The notes under the pieces were generated by a model. The model searched no databases and was not told the origin of the DNA. It was given only the letters and a program-made list of their open reading frames with translations. A stretch of 60,425 nt of DNA, the filler included, from Hausera hauseri (taxonomy: Eukaryota): the NCBI GenBank assembly GCA_046269625.1. It is 11 parts of 11 records of this genome, joined end to end, with 100 filler letters (N's around TTAATTAATTAA, not from the genome) between each part and the next. Parts side by side here need not be neighbours in the genome. Positions count along the whole stretch, not along the records: positions 10,096 to 14,746 come from JBJURY010489021.1; positions 14,847 to 22,560 come from JBJURY010907089.1; positions 22,661 to 27,990 come from JBJURY010277952.1; 8 more parts are not named here. The stretch is one strand, 5' to 3'. The position numbers and the translations under genes are program-made. Numbering within the stretch: position 1 is the stretch's first letter; each line of letters starts with the position of its first letter. Below, in pieces: positions 10,096-22,851 of the stretch.

Positions 10096-11560
10096 GTTTT
10101 TGCCGGCTTCATTGAAAACATTAGCTTTGAACTTAGATAACTACCCATTGACAGAAACGGCTTTTCATTCGGATATTATTAAAGGAAAATGGATTTTTCC
10201 GTACACTGCTGCCAAAACATTCAGTGAGTTGCAAACTATTACTGAATTACCGCCAATATGGGATGGTGTTAGCGATAGTGACTATGAGGAAGCACAACTG
10301 GTTTGGTCAAAATATAGTTGTAGCTCACTGTTGGATTAAATGTTGGTATATATGAAGCTCGATGTATAATTGTTAAGCAATGTCTTTGAACGGTTTAGAA
10401 TAGAGGTTAAATTACAGGATGGTTTAGAGGCGGTTAATTTCGTTTCTATTTTTGGTTTGACTTGGGCCACAGCACAGAAATCCAGTCCTTGTAAGATTGA
10501 ACTTATATAGGATCCTGATGTGTACCGGTTCTTTCAGTCGGGTATTCGCGATGGTATGACTTTTGTAAAAAATCATAGGGTTACCACTGATGAAAGCACC
10601 AGTCTCTTATATATAGATGTAAATAATCTGTATGGCTGGACTATATCTCAAACTTTGCCATTTGCCAATTGGGTATGGATATATGATGAGGACAAACTAA
10701 CTAGTCTGATTGAACAATTGCCTTATGTTGACACTGTTAAGGAAAAACGAGGCTTAGTTTTTGAAGTTGACTTAAGCATTCCGGCAGACAAACATGATAA
10801 GTTGGATCAATTACCTCTAGCTCCAATCAACCAATTTCCTCCTGGTTTTAAAGTTAAGAAATTGCTGTTAACATGAGCGAAAGTTCAACTATGTTGTTCA
10901 CTACAGGCTCTTACAGTTATAAATCGACTTAGGCGCTGTAGTTGAAAAGGTTCATCGAGCTGTTGAGTTTGATCAAGGCTATGTCTTTAAGGATTACATC
11001 GATTTAAATACTGCTAAGAGGGCTGCAGCAAAAAATCCTTTTGAGAAAGATTTCTTCAAGTTGAAGAACAACAGTTTGTATGGGAAAACAGTTGAAAACC
11101 TGTTGAAAAGGTCAAATTTGAGACTGTGTAATAATGCTAAAAAGTTAGTTACATATGCTAGTAAGGCCCAGTTTAAAGAGAGCATTATTATAGCCGATGA
11201 TCTGGTTGCTGTTCTTCTCGATAAAGACATGGTCACCTTAGATAGACCCTCATACATTAGTCAGGCCGTACTTGATCTTTCTAAGTTGAGAATGTATGAG
11301 CTGAATTACATAGAGTTGGAGTCATATAGGCACCAGTTCCAGTGTGAACTTAATGTTGTTGCCGGTGACACTGACAGTTTCTTTCTTGAGTGTCGTGGAG
11401 TTGATTTGCGAACACAGCTCTTACCGGCAATGATAGCCAATGAACAGTTGGACACTTCGAACTATGACAAGAGTGATCCACTGTACCCGACTCGTTTCGC
11501 ATCTGTAATTGGCAAATTTAAAGACAAAAGTAAGGGCTGCGTTGAACGATATCAAGAGGC
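10096..11560 (+). mobile_element. Polinton/adintovirus-type protein-primed DNA polymerase B pseudogene, family B
   Basis: Motifs KGKWIFPY, LLYIDVNNLYGW, FFKLKNNSLYGKTVEN, GDTDSF, DTSNY and IGKFKD, with many stops and frameshifts. Confidence 0.93.
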
Positions 11561-11649
11561 TGTTGCCTTTGCTAGAACTTGCTGTGTGTCCTAGCGGCGA
11601 AATCAGTTTTTTGTAGCTGGTGAATTTGGCCTGATATTTTGTGTGAATT

Positions 11650-12670
11650 TAGTAGTGTTGATTTTATTGTGTCTGTTGTAGTTACAGCCAGGTAGGCGAT
11701 TTGTTCTTTTGTTCCAAATTTTGAGTGATAGATGCAAACAATGTTGCTTGTATTAAAATCAGGGGAGTGAAATTTACAACCGATGCAGCCTTTCTGAGCA
11801 TTATTACCAAATTTGTTATGGTAGTAGCAAATAGATGACCGCGCGGGCAAAGGCGACCGTCTTTGTCCTTGATTAAATACATTAGGGGAGCAGCCCCAGA
11901 AAAACCGCGTCAAGGCAGCGTTAACTCATTTAATTTCTACTTTATGTTGTTAAATGTTTTTTGCAACATTTCATTTTCTGTGCGTAATTGCGCAATTTGT
12001 TGCAGCAGCATTGCATTTTGTTGTTGGTTTGTTGTTAATGCCGCAGAGACAGTTGGTGTTGTATGTAAATACAGAACTTCATAGGCTTTGTTCGCCAGTT
12101 CGGCTAGCTTTTCCAGCGCCGTGGAGTCCTCGACTGCAATTACAAATGCTGTTATTTGAACGGGCAATGCATTTAAAAAGTAACGGCGAAGTTCTGGACT
12201 ATGCCCAGATGTTACGCCAAGGGTATTGAGATAAGACAAAGATGTGCGCAAGAATTCAGAAGGCTTCTGTAGGCCCATGGTGTTGTCATTGAGAATCTTT
12301 GAATGATATAGTCAATTGACGGCTCAGTGCGCTTAAGAACAGCATTATAAAGTTAAGCATATGAATCGGTGTGCTGAAGGATGTCGATGATGTTTGTGAT
12401 TTTTGTTTTGATGGAAGCAGGTAAATGAAAAAATGGGCTGTTTGCTTTGGATAAGGGGTCGACGAAGTTTCCTGATTGGAGCCAGAATTGATAAAGTTTT
12501 AGCCATGTTTGGGTAGAATTTTGGCTACCAAGGAAGTATTCTGTGCGGGGTGAATGAGTGGGCAGTGTGCTGTGTCAAAGTGTTTAAGGCACTTTGTTTG
12601 TGTAAGTGATAGCAATCGGTGGTTTGGTGGGTTTGTCCGTGGTATCTATAGTGGGAGATGAATCCATGCA
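11650..12670 (-). mobile_element. Gypsy gag of DUF7041 type, degenerate, abutting the PolB 3' end
   Basis: TWLKLYQFWL..LYNAVLKRT, then KPSEFLR..FLNALPVQI..LEKLAELANKAYE, and the knuckle ICYYHNKFGNNAQKGC plus a second degenerate copy. Confidence 0.75.
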
Positions 12671-13078
12671 ACCACGAATGCGGAAGTAAATGTAAAGACA
12701 GATATTAGATGATGAAGATTGCAGAGTCCCAACGAGAGGTACCGTGAAGCCGTAATGTGTAAGGTAAAAGTCAGGTGAGCGAAGGAAAGTAGAGGTGAAG
12801 TTATAGATTGCCGCCGTGTTTAAATGTGTTACTGTATTTGCGCAAATGTTATTTGAGAAAAAGAATAAGACATAAAGAGTGGTTTTGTGGCCGAGGGCGT
12901 GTCGTGGGGCGGCAAAGACTGGTGCCGTCTGACCCAATGGTATAGGGTCAGCGGCCGGGGCTTCAGCTTCGCCGTAATAAGCTACAAACTACGGGGTAAC
13001 CGATCTCTTACATGTCGTACTGTGAAGTGTGTTCAAAATTGGAAGAAAATGTTCTCAATCGTTTCTTGCGATAAAACT

Positions 13079-14460
13079 TTAGATGGATTTTGTATCAACT
13101 AAAATTCTTAAGATATTGGCAGAATTTATGGAAGCATTGTAATTAGGATGACTTACATGCGGCAATATTGCGGCGGTTTCGTTGTAATTACCCAACGGTC
13201 GGATGGCTAATTTGTTAGCATCATCATTGTACTGATCTTTAGACTCCTCTTTCTCGTCATCATCAGTTATTTTTGAATCCAAAAACGATTCAGCAACTCG
13301 CCGAGCAATAAGGTCCTTAACAGTAAAATATTTATCTTCACTAGCCAATTTCCGTTCCCAAACACTAAGAGCGAGCGTTTCAACAACTTTCTGTGAATCG
13401 CTTTGCGCAAAACCCCTTTTAAAATACCTCTACAGGTCTTCCTCCCAACGACTCTGGACTACGATTTCAATGCACGTTTTGGCTTCGGCAAACATGACAT
13501 TCAATTCGTCCAAAATGTAATTATGAAATTTTTTGTCCTTAATGTACGTTAATTCCGAAAAGAAATATGCGACTTTCTTTGTTAAGCTTCCAACAAATGT
13601 TCTCGTCAATTTCAACGGAATATAATTTTGGGAATTGTTCCAAAAGCGGAATAGTCAGAAATCGATTTCGTCTGAGATTAAGTTTCATCAGATTTGGTAG
13701 GAAGGGACATCGGGACAAGCAGGAAATGGAATTGTTGTACAAATTGAGTTCAACAAGATTGTAGCAGGAATTGGTGTCAGTCGGCATGACGCTTGTAAAG
13801 GAACAGTTGCTGAAATACAGTATTCGAACTTTCTTTAATTCTTCGGTGCCCGTGTGAATGTAGATTGCGCTTTCCTTGAGTACGTTGCCTTCGGCTTCAC
13901 AGTTGACTTCCTGATTCTTAAGCTGTTCGGGTTTGTATGTTGCTTCATTGTCATCATCACTATCCGGCTTCACAGACATTTCTTCACTAACACGAACGTA
14001 AGTGCTACTGAGCATCGAATACGCCGGTCCGTCTTCTAGAGAATCACTCATCACTCGAACTACCGGGGCTAGATCAAGTTCGGGAATATTTTCCTGATTG
14101 TACAGCCACATATTCGTTGTTATAATTCTTTTTGTCGCCTATGGCACTGTGGCGGAAAGAGTAACCAGATACTCTGATAACTTTCTTAATTAAGTCTGTC
14201 AATACTTTTCGGTATGTAAGCAGGCCTATGTTGCCTATAACAAGATGGTAGGCCGTCTCCTTGATAGCAACGTCATACGGTGAGTGGCTGGTGCCGACCA
14301 CGTTTAGAAGGCATGAAACGACCATTAACTGCCTGTGTAATTTCCAGGCCGTTTCTCCATTGTGTGATCGTAATGCAAAATATTTGCCGACAGTACTACG
14401 GGGAATTCAAAGTCATTCGGAATCGTCAGAACTTTGACAGGGGAATTTTCAGGCAATTAC
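13079..14460 (-). pseudogene. Leucine-rich repeat protein, disrupted
   Basis: LRRs NLVELNLYNNSI and NLMKLNLRRNRF lie among co-oriented ORF pieces separated by frameshifts and stops. Confidence 0.65.
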
Positions 14461-15057
14461 AAACTTAAAACCCCACTACTAAAAGCGGTCGTAAATGTTG
14501 GATAGAACGAATTTGCCCAGCACTTAACAGGACAATACGAACAAATAGTCAAATGTAATTAAATTCGATGTTTAACCGGCACATGCTTTAACCAATCTGA
14601 ACAGTTTAACCGATCAATAAATCTAACTATCTAAAACTCCGTTTGAATATCGTACAACGATATTGACATCATACTTATATGCAGACCATCGCCATGCCAT
14701 ATTTGAGTCAGTAAGAAATCGACGACTACATCGTTCACTGAAATTCNNNNNNNNNNNNNNNNNNNNNNNNNNNNNNNNNNNNNNNNNNNNTTAATTAATT
14801 AANNNNNNNNNNNNNNNNNNNNNNNNNNNNNNNNNNNNNNNNNNNNTAACTGCAGGCAAGTAAAAACTAAAAAAAAAGTGTCCAATTCCTCTAAGTAATA
14901 AACTTCTAGTTAATGTAGCGCTACAAAGTCTATCTTCCTCCATCTTTATAAGTTTAATGTTCGCCTTCTCTGTTCCTCTCCACAATCTCAGGGTGCAGCC
15001 TTTATGGTCACTGAGCCACACATCCTGCTGGCAACACCTGGCACATCAGACCATTAC

Positions 15058-15158
15058 CTGGCTTTCATGAAGTCCTCCACCTCCTTGCATGTCCTTTTGC
15101 CGTCATTGAGATACAGGATGATGACATCATAGCCAGCAGTGGAGGTCAAATCAGAGTT
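15058..15158 (-). CDS. pstpip2: Single 101-nt exon of a PSTPIP2/PSTPIP1 F-BAR protein, vertebrate (teleost)-like
   Basis: cAG|NSDLTSTAGYDVIILYLNDGKRTCKEVEDFMKAR|GTAATG has canonical splice sites and closely resembles vertebrate PSTPIP2 SADILSTIGYDNIIQHLNNGRKNCKEFEDFLKER (recalled). Confidence 0.8.
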
Positions 15159-15539
15159 CTGTCAGGAATGGATGAGAACATTTAATTCCTTTGTTTGTTT
15201 TTATTATCCCTGTCCCCTTTAAAATACTTTAATATTGTCAAAACTTGAAAAAAACTGACATTTGCAGCTTTACATCTAAAGTACTAGCAGTAATACTAAA
15301 AAATACTAAAAGTAATTTTAAAAGTAATTTGAATATTAATTTGGATAACAAACCATTACTAATTTTTATAGGCATTGCCTAAAGTCACGAATTCGTGAAA
15401 TTATGTAAGTCGTGCCAAAAATTCTATAATTTTTAGGTACAACACATTGTATGCAAATATACAATGAATTATACAAAAGTTTTTTATAAGGTAAATCGAG
15501 ATGCAAATAGAAAAACAAAATTAATAATTAGTAGGTAGA

Positions 15540-15945
15540 AGTGTCCTCTCCGAATCACTTCCCCAAAAGTACTCAGATCGACCTGAAAACCAGTTTTTCC
15601 CACTTATCTAGCAATTCTGAGAATTTCATGTCTGATGGTTGGAGACCCCCCTGGGATGGAAGGAGATCGGCCAATGGACTTCGGACCGAGACCAAGCGGT
15701 CGAGAGGGACAAGTCGAGCAAAAGTCAACCAATTTGTGAAGCCGAAAAATGTAACCCGGCGGCACAGGAGGCGGAAGAAGAAAAACGGGTAATGTGCAAT
15801 CGGCTACACAACACATGTTGCTGGTATACCGAAATTTTGTACAGAGGTAAAATTGATGTTGTCAAGTCGAATGGACATGGGTTCATCGTCGTCAGATTAA
15901 GGAACATGGGGAAAACCGGTTAAGAAAATTCCCGTCGGATAAAAT
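15540..15945 (+). repeat. Segment homologous to 54230-54625 (inverted); probable Polinton subterminal region or small ORF
   Basis: Shared blocks CCAGTTTT.CC, CAATGGACTT.GGACCGAG, ACATGTTGCTGG and GGACATGG appear in the same order. Confidence 0.75.
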
Positions 15946-16743
15946 TTCTCCTGTTCAAATCTGCCGGTGATGGAAATGGGTCTCATACATTGCCCATAAA
16001 TTTGGGAAAATTTCATATTTTGACTGTCTCACAATCAGACCAACAGATCCAGGTGAAACATACAACCGAAAAACGATACGAAACGCATTATTAAAAAGAA
16101 CTCAAAATCGTCATCGTCATTATCGTTGTAAATGCGTTCGTTTTTGTAGAAAAAACGCAAATTTTATTTTGTACGACGACGAAGACGACGACGACGACGC
16201 TTAAATCCGAACGGCGGTTTACGATCGCACAAATAACCACGAGCTAATAATTGAGTACTACTACTACTACATACAAGGAGAATGATTGTGATCAAAAGTG
16301 AAATGATGGTGGTGGTGGTGGTGACACCTGACACAGTCTGCCTACAGACTAATGAGTATCACCAAATGTGTAACAGAGATATTGAAATGATATGGTGTAG
16401 CTCACATTAATGAAAATATCATATTATTTCTCATGATCTGTTCGCTCTTTAGTCTAAATTTCAGTTCCGAAATATTGGACATTTGAAGTCGAGACTGTGT
16501 TGTTTCTTTGAAAGCACTGTTTTCAAAATCAACAATGTGTCATTAAATTATGACCACTGCACACGCTAACATATAAAATACCATGACACTTAGTTTATCG
16601 TCATTTCGAAAATTTGCGACAACCTAAGATGGATCACCTCGTAAATGTCTGTATTTTTTCTTTTAATAATTTTTTTATATTATAATTTTATTATTAATTT
16701 TAATATTTTATTTATCTTTCTTTTTATTATTAATTTTTATTAA

Positions 16744-16963
16744 TGACCCAGTTTCAGACACTTTCATGTTCGGGCTCATCGCAATGAGTTGAATCGAAAA
16801 AATTTTTGATTGACCCAGTTTCGGACACCTGCATATTCGGACTCACCGCAATGAGTTGAGTCTGAAAAAATTTTGGACTAACCCAGTTTCGGACACCTGC
16901 ATATTTGGACTCACCACAATGAGTTGAGTCTGAAAAATTTTTGGACAAACCCAGTTTCGGACA
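16744..16963. repeat. Tandem repeat with a 67-68 bp unit, about 3.3 copies
   Basis: ACCCAGTTTCGGACACCTGCATATTCGGACTCACCGCAATGAGTTGAGTCTGAAAAAATTTTGGA units start at 16744, 16811, 16879 and 16947. Confidence 0.92.
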
Positions 16964-18033
16964 ACCACATTTCCTCACTTATGTGACTCTAAGGACAATT
17001 GCAATTTTTCGGTAACCTAGTTTTTGGTCGGACCACACCTGTCTGCTTATAACAATTAGGTATGCTGCCACGTCAAGTCTGAATCGAACATTTATTTTCT
17101 TTTTTTGTACAGCAACAACAACAACAACAACAATTAAATCGTTTTTAGTGAATGTTAGGAGCATACAAACCACATGGGTTAACCAATTCCGTAGGAGAAT
17201 GAACCAGTTCATCAGAATTAGTTACATTGAAATATTGTTTAAAGCAAATCCGATCCGCCGATTGTCATATGGGAACGTAATCCACCATCGTCTGGTCGCT
17301 TTGGACAAAATCATCCACAAAATGCATTTGATGTGGACTGTTGGCACACAGTGCATAGATATCCGCCAATTTCTTCCATGTGCGAAAAATCTGACCGAAT
17401 ATCATGTCCATGTCACCAACAACCTGCTTCATATGTCGTAGATAAGGTTTCCGTGCCCTCCAATTCTCCTCAGCACACTGGAGTATCTCTTAGGGAGAAC
17501 AGTATCGTATATCATGTAAAGGTTTACCAAGATTGTAAAGGTGACTCCGGAGACCATCAAAGGAGTAATACAGTCAAATGAGTTGCGTTAAATGACACAT
17601 TTTATAATAATGCATGAACGAAGAAGCACAAGTATTTATATATCAGTAGGATATTAATCCGTTTCCGTTTTCGTATCATTTCGTCTTTGATACGTTTTAT
17701 GAATAGAGATCTGACAATTAATTAAATATATTCCCGTCGACTAATTATCTTGGTTTCTGCGAGCTCACACAAAACTGAACATCAAACACGTGTCCAGTCA
17801 AAAGGTTATCGGTTAATTTCTTAATCTCGCTTCCAACGTACTGTTCTATGTGATTTTAGTTGTAGTTGTTGTTGTTGTTGTAGCGTTTAGAATAATTGTT
17901 TGTAAGGGAGTAAGGAAACTTTTTTTTCTCAACACCGACAAATGAGTTGTCAAATTTCAATTTATAATATTTATAACTTAATATAAACATTTATTTTATT
18001 TTGTTTTTCATTCAAAAGTGAACTAATTATCCC

Positions 18034-21010
18034 ATGTATTGCGCCTCGTGTATACATGTGGAGCAGGAGCAGTGCCATCAGCAGATAGCTAAATATTACT
18101 CCCTTGCAACGGACTCATATTTGTGTCCTAGGTGCATTAGTATTTGGGCCCCTTGTCCATACCCCGACTTGTGTAAAATGCACGAGCACCATCTTGGCCC
18201 GTTTGCGCGTGCAAAGAAGATGATGGTTGTGCATTCGCCCACATAACCGCGATACTGTAGTAGTAGAGTGCATGACGTTTATGGTTGCCATACTGTAATA
18301 GAGCAGTACTATGGCGCGACAATGGTGCACAGTAAACGGGCTTACGTTTATCCCGGTTGTTCAGTAGTTGACGGAATCAACTATGAACAATTTTATAACC
18401 TGCACAAGGACCACTTGAACCAGTTTCAGCGGTCCAAAAAGGAAATAGTGATAGCGACAAGAAAAACCAGTATCCCCTCAACAATCAGGAAACGTCAGAT
18501 CTCAACAAGTCTTGACGAATACATCCGAAACAGTACCGAAAAACAGCAGCAGGAGAATATGCAACAGCAAGTACCTTCCATTACTGTCAAGTACGATCTA
18601 AACAAATCTTACGTGGACGTGAAAGTAAACATTTCGGGGACAAGAACATTACAGCTGAGGCATGTTCCATCTGTGTGCGCAGCCGGTTGAAATTAGAGAT
18701 GGAGAAATTCAAACTCAACAACTGCAAAATGCAACTTACAGAATTTGCAAACGTTGAACGTAACAGGAAACAATGATACCTGTCACATCGAGCCGTACCG
18801 TATTCGGAAGATTTTATTGCCGATGTAGGTGAAAAGTTGGATGACAAAATCGCCAACTATATCGAAAAGGGTAGTGGATGGCGAATTATACAAATTGTCA
18901 CACTCGGCTTCATCATAACAAAGTCGAGTGACGTGGTATATTTGTCTAGACGGTCATTTATACCGACATCTGAATCTCTAAAACAGTCTCTGGCGGTAGT
19001 GCATGTACAAAATACTGAGGATGAATACTGTTTTATGTATACTATTCTGGCTGCATTTAAGTACAACTAATTGAACAGATATCATGCAAATCGTCCAAAG
19101 CAGTATCAGCAGTATTTTTCCGAATTGCATTTTGGTGAATTCTAGATGTCGATGAAACTGAAATCCATTCCGGCTTTTGAATGACGTAATTTCACGCTGT
19201 CCATCAACGTTTTCCGTTACAACACAATTGTTGAAATACCGGAAGACGACGAAATTTATAAGAACCACCATGTGGACATAATTTATCGTAGTCGGAATCC
19301 GAATGGACTCTCGATAAATTAGCTACCGTTGAAGCAGGCCGAAAAATTTCATTACGTGGCTGTGACAAATCTGGATTGACTGTTGAACATGCAGCATGAC
19401 AAGTTCATCAAAAAATGAATACGATGCAAATGGTGTCCCGTATTTCTGCATGGATTCAGATCAGAAACAAACTGGGAGAAACATGTCCCGCTATGCAGGC
19501 AAAGAGCATCAGGGACAACAATGTACGTCATGCCCGTCAAAAGGAGCTCCGGCATATGTGGATATGCCGATATCGAAGAAACTATACCACAGCACAATGC
19601 ATATTATCAAAGGCACGTTCCAGTTGTCGTCGGTATATTGCTAGTACCAATAAAAGCCGCCGGACAACCGCGGTATTATGTTTTCCATGGTTGGAAATCT
19701 GTACTATATTCCTACAGCAGTTGAAAACTATAGTGGAAACGGAAATCACGCCGTGGTATCGCAACAATTGCAATAAGCCATTTATTTGGGCAGACGAATA
19801 TTAACCGTTGCTTTTCGCTCTCACCGATGAATGCTATCTGTGCCACAAAATAATACCTTTTGATGCACAGAAACGGCTCGTGCCGGATCACGACCATTTC
19901 ACCGGTCGAAACTTGGGAGCAGCATGCAATTCATTCAATTTAGCAAGGCGAATAAGACCATTCCTGCCGGTGATCTTTTGTAATATCCGAGGTTATCACT
20001 GTCACCATATTGTCAAATGGGCCATCAACGGATTTCCACACTGGGAACTGTCAGTTATTTCAACGACAGTGGAGAAATACCTATCTCTGTCGGCATGAGT
20101 AAAGCGATTCCAGGTTCGCTTCCTTGATTTATTGCAATTTCTCAATGAATCATTGGCAAAGCTGGTAAATACTTTGCCAGATGTTCCGATAGCACTGAAG
20201 CAGTTCCCTGCACATATTGAACGCAGAAAAGGCATATTTCCACATCATTTTGTAACATCATATGGGCGACTCCGGACAGCAGAGAAACTACTGCCACGAT
20301 GGACAGGTATCACAGAAGATGCATATCGGAGAGCACAAGAATCCTGGACAAAGCTGAGCAGTAGAAACATGTTGGATTACATGCTCCAATATCTTAAACT
20401 GGACGCGTACTTATTAGCCGACATGCTTGAAGCATTTCGGACCAAAGCGCTGGCGGAAGGTAGGTAGGATCTACTCAACTTTTATTCCATACCCAGAATG
20501 AGTTGAGCGCTAGCTTTAATGCCTCTGGATCGAGACACTGAGCTGCTGCAAGATCCGGAATTATACCGAATGTTTGATGTTGGTATTCGGGGCGGCATGT
20601 CATTTGTCAACAAGCATCAAGTCAGTGCTATCGATATTACATCACTGCTGTATATTGATATTAGTAACCTGTACTGCTGGGCGCTTTCGTAACCCTTGCC
20701 GTGCGGTTCATTTGAATGGGTAGTCGACAGACAAGATCTGTATGACATAGTGGTCAACTCACCATAAGAAGACATGTCAGGATTAGTCGAATACCTGATG
20801 GACATCGATCTTGAGATACTGCATGAGCAGCATGATGTTTTGGACGATTCGCCGGTCGCATCATTTAACCAATGTCCGCCAGTGTTCCTGAATGTCCCTC
20901 AAAAGTGAAGAAACTGCTCATGTTGTATGAACCAAAGCTGAATTACGTGGTCCATTGGTGTCAGCTACAATTCTACATGCAGCTCCATCGTATCAAATTC
21001 ATCGTTGCTG
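18034..21010 (+). mobile_element. Polinton-type pPolB pseudogene with N-terminal extension, family B
   Basis: Motifs EKGSGWRI, VQNTEDEYCF, CYLC..DHDHFTGRNLGAACNSFNL, RKGIFP, YLKLDAYLLAD, GIRGG and LLYIDISNLYCWA; heavily disrupted. Confidence 0.9.
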
Positions 21011-21250
21011 ATCTTTTTCACCAACAGACCATATTTCATCAGTTTGATTTTGACCGTTTGCATCAGTGGCAATTGAATAGCGTTGCGCAGATAATGTAAG
21101 TTGTATCCATTATACAACCGAGAATTTCGGAGCGAATCATCGTTGTACCTTGGCTTTTTTGAGAGATTCGCGGAACTGTCACCTGCTGAATTATTTTCAA
21201 AAGATATTGTTTAAAGACAAACGTGCAATGAAATTGCATCCACATTTAAA

Positions 21251-21538
21251 TCAATTTTGTTCATACCGGTTTGTTTTCATTGTAAACAATAGCCATTTAC
21301 TTTGCGAATATTGTCTCATATCACAATGGTACATACTGGTTAAAATTATCTCTACGTCGTTGAAGCCTATGACACTGTTTCGTTCAGTTATTGACAAAGT
21401 CATTCGTAATAAATGTGTACAATTTCCCTTACAGTACATTTCCATTCTGGACACTGGCGGGTTGTTACTTTGTTGTTGCAACACATTTGACAAACTACGA
21501 GATGGCCGCACATTAAGAATAGCGTTTACATAGTACAC
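21251..21538 (-). CDS. Hypothetical Polinton accessory ORF
   Basis: Open frame lying between PolB and the DEDD gene; no motif recognised. Confidence 0.25.
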   Translation of the reverse strand: MYYVNAILNVRPSRSLSNVLQQQSNNPPVSRMEMYCKGNCTHLLRMTLSITERNSVIGFNDVEIILTSMYHCDMRQYSQSKWLLFTMKTNRYEQN

Positions 21539-22053
21539 ACATAAACTTACAGTTTCGTACTTTATCTATTATTTTCTCTTTTATGTTCGTTCATTTACTG
21601 CGTACCTTTTCAACAGTATCAAAGTAATTTGTATTGTACAATCGGTGAATGCACATTTGATTTAACACAATAATTAGAATTTTATAGAGCTGAAATATGT
21701 TGTTGCTGTCATCACTGCTATTGACGCTAAATTTTCTTTAAATCCAAAATCACCTGCTGCCATTGCAACCAGCTCACTATCAAGTACTTTCCATCACTGT
21801 ACCAAGTCTGAAATTGGTAATCCATCAAAATTTTGCAATTGCTTCAGTTGATTAACTATTTCCATGATGATTATTATTATTACTATAACCTACCCGTATT
21901 TATAGTTTTTAATTATTCAACTGACAAATACGGCTAAACATGTCATTGACCTTATATACAGAAAGAAGGAAAGAAACAGAGAAATACATTTATTTATTTG
22001 TATGAAATATAGTCAATACAAAGCCGCAGATATTTTTTGTAAGCACAATGAGG

Positions 22054-22481
22054 TCAATGATCACGATACGGACATTTAATATTTTCAGGCACCATCGCCA
22101 GCGAGCTGTTCAATGTTGAATATGTTGTCATTCTCAACACTGGGTAGTGCGAATGTAGTTGTGTAAACTTTTGTCCATCAATTTGATCTTTAATACAAAA
22201 TATTGCATTTTCAATGTCAAAACGATCACAAATGTCTCGCATGATACATGATATGCAACACATTGAATTATCTTTGTGCCAATAAGGTCCATGCGACGTC
22301 GTATGAGATATCCATTGGTAATTTTCGCCTTATCTGTCAAGTGATTCCACATAACTGCGGACTTAAATACGTATACATGCGGTTCGAAAATGTTACCGAC
22401 GTCCATAACGCATAATTTTTTTATCGGGTACCAGGCATTATCATCTTGAAAAGCTTCAATATCGATAAATGATGTCACCAT
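22054..22481 (-). pseudogene. Polinton-associated small DEDD/DnaQ-like nuclease
   Basis: FIDIEAFQ..PIKKLCV..YVFKSAVMWNHL..TNGYLIR matches the pattern of small Maverick DEDD proteins; frameshifted. Confidence 0.6.
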
Positions 22482-22851
22482 TACTTATCATGCAGAGAAT
22501 CATTTTTTGTTTATAACACAAACAAAACAACTAAGTATTATTATTATTATTATTATCATCNNNNNNNNNNNNNNNNNNNNNNNNNNNNNNNNNNNNNNNN
22601 NNNNTTAATTAATTAANNNNNNNNNNNNNNNNNNNNNNNNNNNNNNNNNNNNNNNNNNNNGCAATAATCGAGAGAGCCTTTGGCATCAGGCTAAACAGAA
22701 GGAGTATGGGTATAACCTTAGTTAACCAAGATAAATCAAATTCTGGCTGTAGATTTCGTTGAGTTTCTTATTGTTGAGGCGGACGATGTTCTGTTCCTTG
22801 CTGTGTAATTGGAACTGGTTCATGTATTGTTGTATGGATCAAACTAGTAAT

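Noticed and set aside
16744-16963. CRISPR or coding repeat
   Set aside because: The units are head-to-tail with no unique spacers, and the period is not a multiple of three.
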